From: Octopus sinensis
Lineage: Eukaryota
Direction: 5' to 3'
NCBI RefSeq assembly: GCF_006345805.1
Contig: NC_043003.1
Location: 56,482,001-56,546,000, forward strand
DNA: 64,000 nt
Part shown: positions 58,365 through 64,000 of the stretch, piece after piece
How positions within the stretch are numbered: position 1 is the first letter of the stretch
Layout: every line of letters begins with the position of its first letter
Notes under the pieces: generated by a model
Database searches by the model: none
Told to the model about the DNA's origin: nothing
What the model saw: only the letters and a program-made list of their open reading frames with translations
Made by a program: the position numbers and the translations under genes

Positions 58365-58470
58365 GATCTTCCGCAACAAGAATTACAATCTAAAATGCTT
58401 GATGCTTATATGAAAATATCAGGAAATGTCTTTTGGTCATAGATCAACATTGACTTTGCTGGTATAGAGT
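58365..58470 (+). pseudogene. Possible Ty3/gypsy integrase remnant
   Basis: ELQSKMLD...FWS*INIDFAG resembles the integrase zinc-binding/core-start motif PWSRxHIDFAG; short and degraded. Confidence 0.3.
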
Positions 58471-58641
58471 AACTACTATATTCATTACCTATATTCATTA
58501 CCATCATCGAAACTAACAACGATATGAGCATCAGTACCACAAACCAGTACAAAAGATGCCATCCACCTTGCACCTTCTTCAATATTATGACACTACCTTG
58601 AGCACAAACTTTGCAAGACACCTTTCTCTTCCATCTGCCCC

Positions 58642-58681
<40 letters not shown>

Positions 58682-58838
58682 TTTCGTATATTTTCATTTG
58701 TCTTGCTTATTTTTATTTGCTTTCATTTGTGCTGAGATTTTTTTTATTTCAGAACACATTCTTTGTGGAAAATAGCGATTTTGACGTCTATATCTAGCAT
58801 GTTGACCGTCCACTTTTAGTGGTCAGTCCTTTAAATTT

Positions 58839-58910
<72 letters not shown>

Positions 58911-58944
58911 GTGTGTGTGTGCGTGTGTGTTTGTGTGTGTGTGT

Positions 58945-58982
<38 letters not shown>

Positions 58983-61152
58983 GTGTGTGTGTCTGTGTGT
59001 GTGTGTGTGTAAAATAACGGTGGCTTATACGCAATCTTAAAACCGAAAGTTAGAAATATATATGTCATTAACATCACAGAGGGCACTAGTCATCACCAGC
59101 ATTGAATATTTGTTCAGTCCAGTAGGCTCACATCACAGGTAGTCTTAATTTAATTGTTTTGTAAATTAGCCACAGGGACGAGAAACAGTGACGAGGATAT
59201 CTATACGAAGCGTCTACATTAGCTCCTCTCAACCGCGGGTTGCAGGGCCGCATGTGACTGCTAACAACACCCCGGCTGCTTTCGACGATTTTCACTCTTG
59301 ATTAATATAATAAATGTTTCTATAATTGACTTGTACTATACTTTTTTCAGTGCGGGCCCCTAAGCAGATCTCTCGCAGCTACATAGACGTCTACGTTCTA
59401 AATTAGCTATCTACGTACACAGTCCACTGTGGACCACCAGATGCACATGTATCACTTTCTCTCTAAGTTTTGCTTTGTAAGCATTTGCGAACCCCGTCTC
59501 AGCTCATTTTTTTAAATGTAGATATCGACCTAATTTGCTGTAACATCACCAGCACTATAAACGTATTACTAGAAAATGATATTTAGCAAAGAATGTCAAC
59601 CACAATCGTCACAATATCACTTCATCACCACCACAAACAAAGAACATTCTCGCCATCACCACCACCAGTATCACCACTAGCAACAATGACAGCAACAACA
59701 ACAACAATACTGACGACAGAAGCAGCATCATTACCATCACTACCACTGCTGTAATCATAATACATGCCACCTGAAATTACAAGATGTATTCCAAAATGTC
59801 ATGTATATGTGTAATATTTATTATCTATCACCATTAGCCCCATTCTTTTTGTATTCATACATAAATACACACACAAGCACACAGGCAAGCATACATTCGA
59901 AAGCATACAAGCATACATGCATCCAGACAAACATATCTATCTGTATTCGTGTGTGTATGTATTACGCTCACATTATCACAATATAAACACTATATACACA
60001 TATTTCACGAACCATGCTTTAACACAGTTACACACATTTACGCACATACGACTTAAATATGGTAGGCTTGTGTGCGCGTATGTGAGTATGTGCGTGCATG
60101 TGTGTGCGAGAATGCCTCTGTGTTCTTACGGCTCTATCTGTCGTCACTCTGTGCGTGAGACTCCACTTTTCTTCCGTTATTCCTTAATAACATCTTGTGC
60201 TTATCTTTGTATTTACAACGTCTGGCGACCTGAACGTAAATAATTTGCCCTTATATAAACTCATCGCCATTAGCATCCACCCACCACCATCCCGTCTCCC
60301 TTCTTTATTCTACTGTCACACATAATTTATTCTCTAAATCAGTAAATGTCTTTTTCTCGCCGTCTTCCTTTCCTATCACTCTTTCTCTTTCCCAGTATCT
60401 CTACCTCCTTCAGTCTCTCTCCCTTTATACATCTCTTATTATTGCATCTCCGTTTGTGAGATACTTCACGTCTTTGTTTTGCAGTGCTTCTCCCCTGTTC
60501 GTAGAGTTTTGCGATTGCTGAAAGGAAGGGACATTTTTGTATTGCTTTCGTGAATTTCTGTATTGGAGTTGGTCATAATTAGAATTTAGTTAGATATACA
60601 TACGTATGCATATACCCAGGCCTATTCCCCAATATTTTTTTAGGAGCGGGTATCCTCAACAAGACACACACCAGGCATTGCATTCATTTCCCAACTCCAG
60701 TCCGCAATATGACTATAAACTACATCCGGTATTGGGGCCATGGGATCCTGGTTTCAGGTTTTGCGGAGTGTGGAACCATCTCTTAGCCACTATTGTTCAA
60801 AGGTCTACTCTGGCCCGGAGTGATAGCACCTGTAAGGGTCTCAGATATGAGTTAACTAGAAAAGCCCCTGCGACTGGATGGTGGGGATTGGTAAAATGCA
60901 ATTGCCGTATTCTTTACTTGGCGTAAGAGGCGACCAAAAGGGACAGGAGCGAGGAGACTGGGAATCCTCTACCCTTAGTAAATTGATATTTATAAAAAGA
61001 CAAGAAATAAATTTAGATATGATTTTGATAAATTAAGAGTGTATCTGCTACCTTATTTGTTATTCACATATATTTTATTTACACACACAAACACACTTAT
61101 GCACAAATGTATACAGACCTACATACATACGTGCATGCATACATATATATTA

Positions 61153-61183
<31 letters not shown>

Positions 61184-61197
61184 CATACACATATTTA

Positions 61198-61590
61198 TTC
61201 TTTTACTTGTTTCCGTCATTTGACACCGGTTTTAGTCGAAGAGATAGACTCCAGGATTTATTCTTTGTAAGCCTAGTATTTCTATCGGCCTCTTTTGCCA
61301 AGCCAATGGAATGCGGGTTTCATAAAAACTCCAGCATCGGATTTCAAGCAGTGGTGGGGGGACAAACACACATACACACACACACACACACACATCACAC
61401 ACACACGCACACACACACACACATATATATATATACATACGCGACAGCCTTCTTTCAGTTTCCGTCTACCAAATCTACTCGCAATGTTTTGGTCGTTCAC
61501 AGTCTATAACAGTATAGACACTTGCCCAAAGTTCTACACAGTAGGACCGAAACAGGAACCAGGTGGCTGGGAAGGAAGCTTCTTACCTTA
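61198..61590 (-). mobile_element. SINE family A, diverged
   Basis: Colinear with the reference copy. Confidence 0.8.
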
Positions 61591-61655
61591 CATCCACACG
61601 CATATAACTATATAGTATGAGTATGTGTGTGTGTGTGTGTGAATACAAAAATATT

Positions 61656-61688
<33 letters not shown>

Positions 61689-61813
61689 ATGTATGAATGT
61701 ATGTGCATATGTATATATGCATGTATGTGTATGCATGCGGGCTTGCCTACATTCGAATCGAAGGGCCCCTTAAAAATTTATATGCAGAAAAGATGTGTAA
61801 TTAGTTTGCTCAC

Positions 61814-62013
61814 TCTGCAATAGTGGGATTTGATCTCAGACCTCTCAGTATTGGAACAAATAGGACAAAGCATTCTGTTCGACGCCTCAATGACTATGTT
61901 AATTCGTTGGCCACAGGTCATACTCTTGAAGTCAGCAGCATTGACCTCCTGTTTTATTTTCTTTGAAAGGCGTTCTGTCCAACGTAGTCTCACATCCTGC
62001 ACATTAAGTGTTT
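61814..62013 (-). CDS. Putative internal coding exon (200 nt, phase 1 to phase 0) of an unidentified Cys-containing protein
   Basis: Acceptor ttttaaatttcag|AA, donor AGA|gtgagc, stop-free non-repetitive frame TLNVQDVRLRWTERLSKK...MLCPICSNTERSEIKSHYCR. Confidence 0.5.
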
Positions 62014-62542
62014 CTGAAATTTAAAAATCATTGTTAAGAATTTTACGTGTATGTATTTATTTTGCAAGATTCTTGAGATGAAAAAATGTGCTGAAACAGA
62101 TATTATTGTAATTGGGGAGGGTCATATTTTTTTGCCAACTAAACACATGCACTATTTATTTGATCTTCACGTTAGTTTTTATTCGTATTATTTCTAGTTA
62201 ATACGTTTTTCATCACACAATCTGTAACTGTATCAATGACTTTCTGTTCCATGTTTTCCCTCTTGTCTTGCTTACTCAACTTTGTTCTTCTGCGCTGACA
62301 TCTGTATGTGCGTGACAATGTATTTAATATGTGTGTTCCCTGTGCGTGGTAAAATTTTACTCGAAAATGGACTGTTAGATATCAATACAGCATATACTTA
62401 ACCGGCTTGTCCTTGACCATGTATCTCCTAAATAAAAGGACTGGTGTTGAGTCAAAGATCAAAAGAGTGAATTGGCAGTGTTTTATTTTTGTTCCGAAGT
62501 CTCTTTTCGTTTATTAACTTCTATGTTTTATTTATTTTTTAT

Positions 62543-62621
62543 AAAACACCGTCGAAGTTTTCTCCATTAATAGATGAAACACCGAAAACACCGTTGAAGT
62601 TTTCTCCATTAATAGATGAAA
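62543..62621. repeat. 42-bp-period tandem duplication (two copies of 37 bp, one mismatch)
   Basis: aaaacaccgt(c/t)gaagttttctccattaatagatgaaa at 62543 and 62585. Confidence 0.9.
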
Positions 62622-64000
62622 TGATGACAAAAGTAGCTATATTTAGACTAATATTGGCTTTACACCACAATAAGACATTTGTAGTTCTCTACTGAGTTGC
62701 CACTAAGATAACTATTGCGGTTGTTTCTTCTTATTTCACTGATTCATTTATTACTGATCTCAGCTAACACGGTGCGCTCAGTTGTGAACCATATTATGAT
62801 TTGCAGGAATTGGAATTCAGTTGCCCAGAAGGCATTGACTATTGCTTGTGTTAACGCAACCTTGCAATGAGAAAGCGTATTGTTTCACGAATTTACGTAT
62901 TTGTACTCATCGACATGGGACCAGTGAATAGAAAAACAAGGAAGGCCTGATCCTAAAAAGCAACGTTGACGAGCGATTTCTTTTAGAATGTACGTGACCG
63001 TAGAAGCTTTACATCTGTGGGCTGTGACTTTGGTGTCTAAGAATCTACCGCTCGTTTCATTTACAATGGGCGTGAGGATGATTCATTCATCGCTGATTCA
63101 TTTATATCACATCACCCCACCTCGTGATAAACGATAATTCGTGTACATCATATGATTTGCTTCCATGAGAACCTAACGTCTGTGAATAAAAGTCATAGAT
63201 GTTGTAGCATTAATTTTGTCGCGTTTTATATGCTCGCTGTTATCAATTTCTCAAGCTGCATTCTATTTCTTGGTAACTGTATTTCACATTAGAACAGACT
63301 ACGTCAATAATCCAAATTTGAGTTCGGTGATAATTCTTTAAAATTAAAATAACAGGGGATTAATTTGAATGAACGTTGTTTGTTTTGTCTGAGCTATTGT
63401 TAAGCCCATAACCGTGCGGTTATGTTTCCAATATTGTGCTTTCCAGCAAATATATTTATATCTTCTATAACAACAATAAAATGCCATTTTTTCCTGCTTT
63501 GTATAGAATTTGTAACAAGCTTTGCGATGACACTACCTCACACCTCAATTTCTCTCACTTCCTCGCTTCTAACACTTGTATATTAATGAGTGAACAAGTT
63601 TCACTGGAATTTAAATTAGATTAACCATCCATAGCTCTTTGTATCTAAGCTCTGAAAGAATTCATTTTGTACAGCTTTATCGTAATACTGCTTAAGCATC
63701 GGTTCGTTTCTTTTGATCTCCTATTCAGTCTCTTTTATAGATACCTCTAGTTTTCTTTTTATGTACCTTTCAGTGTTCCTCTATTCATTCTGATTTCTCC
63801 ATCAACAAATTTTACTTCTTTCCAAACTCAGAGAACAACATCTTTTATTTCTCTTCCATGTAACAATATACACATTTGATATCTCTCTTCTGTGCAATAT
63901 TTATCTATAAATATACTTTCATTGCCATATAAGAAGACACTTGAACATTTATTTGCTTAAACACACATATACATACACATGGATACACGCGCACCCACTC

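Overview
AT-rich, repeat-saturated eukaryotic DNA. The SINE families and extreme microsatellite density suggest a coleoid cephalopod, most likely Octopus (inference, not verified). No complete protein-coding gene, rRNA, tRNA gene or CRISPR array is supportable, and almost all long ORFs in the track are microsatellite artefacts. Supported content: (i) many tRNA-derived SINE copies from at least four families; (ii) a decayed full-span hAT/Charlie transposon with TIRs and an 8-bp TSD (22986-26001); (iii) Tc1/mariner derivatives; (iv) R4/Dong-like retrotransposon fragments in a (TAA)n tract, plus RTE and possible gypsy remnants; (v) one credible coding exon on the minus strand (61814-62013). The most interesting signal is six minimal type I hammerhead-ribozyme motifs from five unrelated sequence families (18394, 28967, 32145, 50836, 51230, 52688). 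They sit in short non-coding Penelope-like/retrozyme-like cassettes next to microsatellites, three of them with inverted partial duplications. Coordinates were counted by hand and may be off by a few bases.
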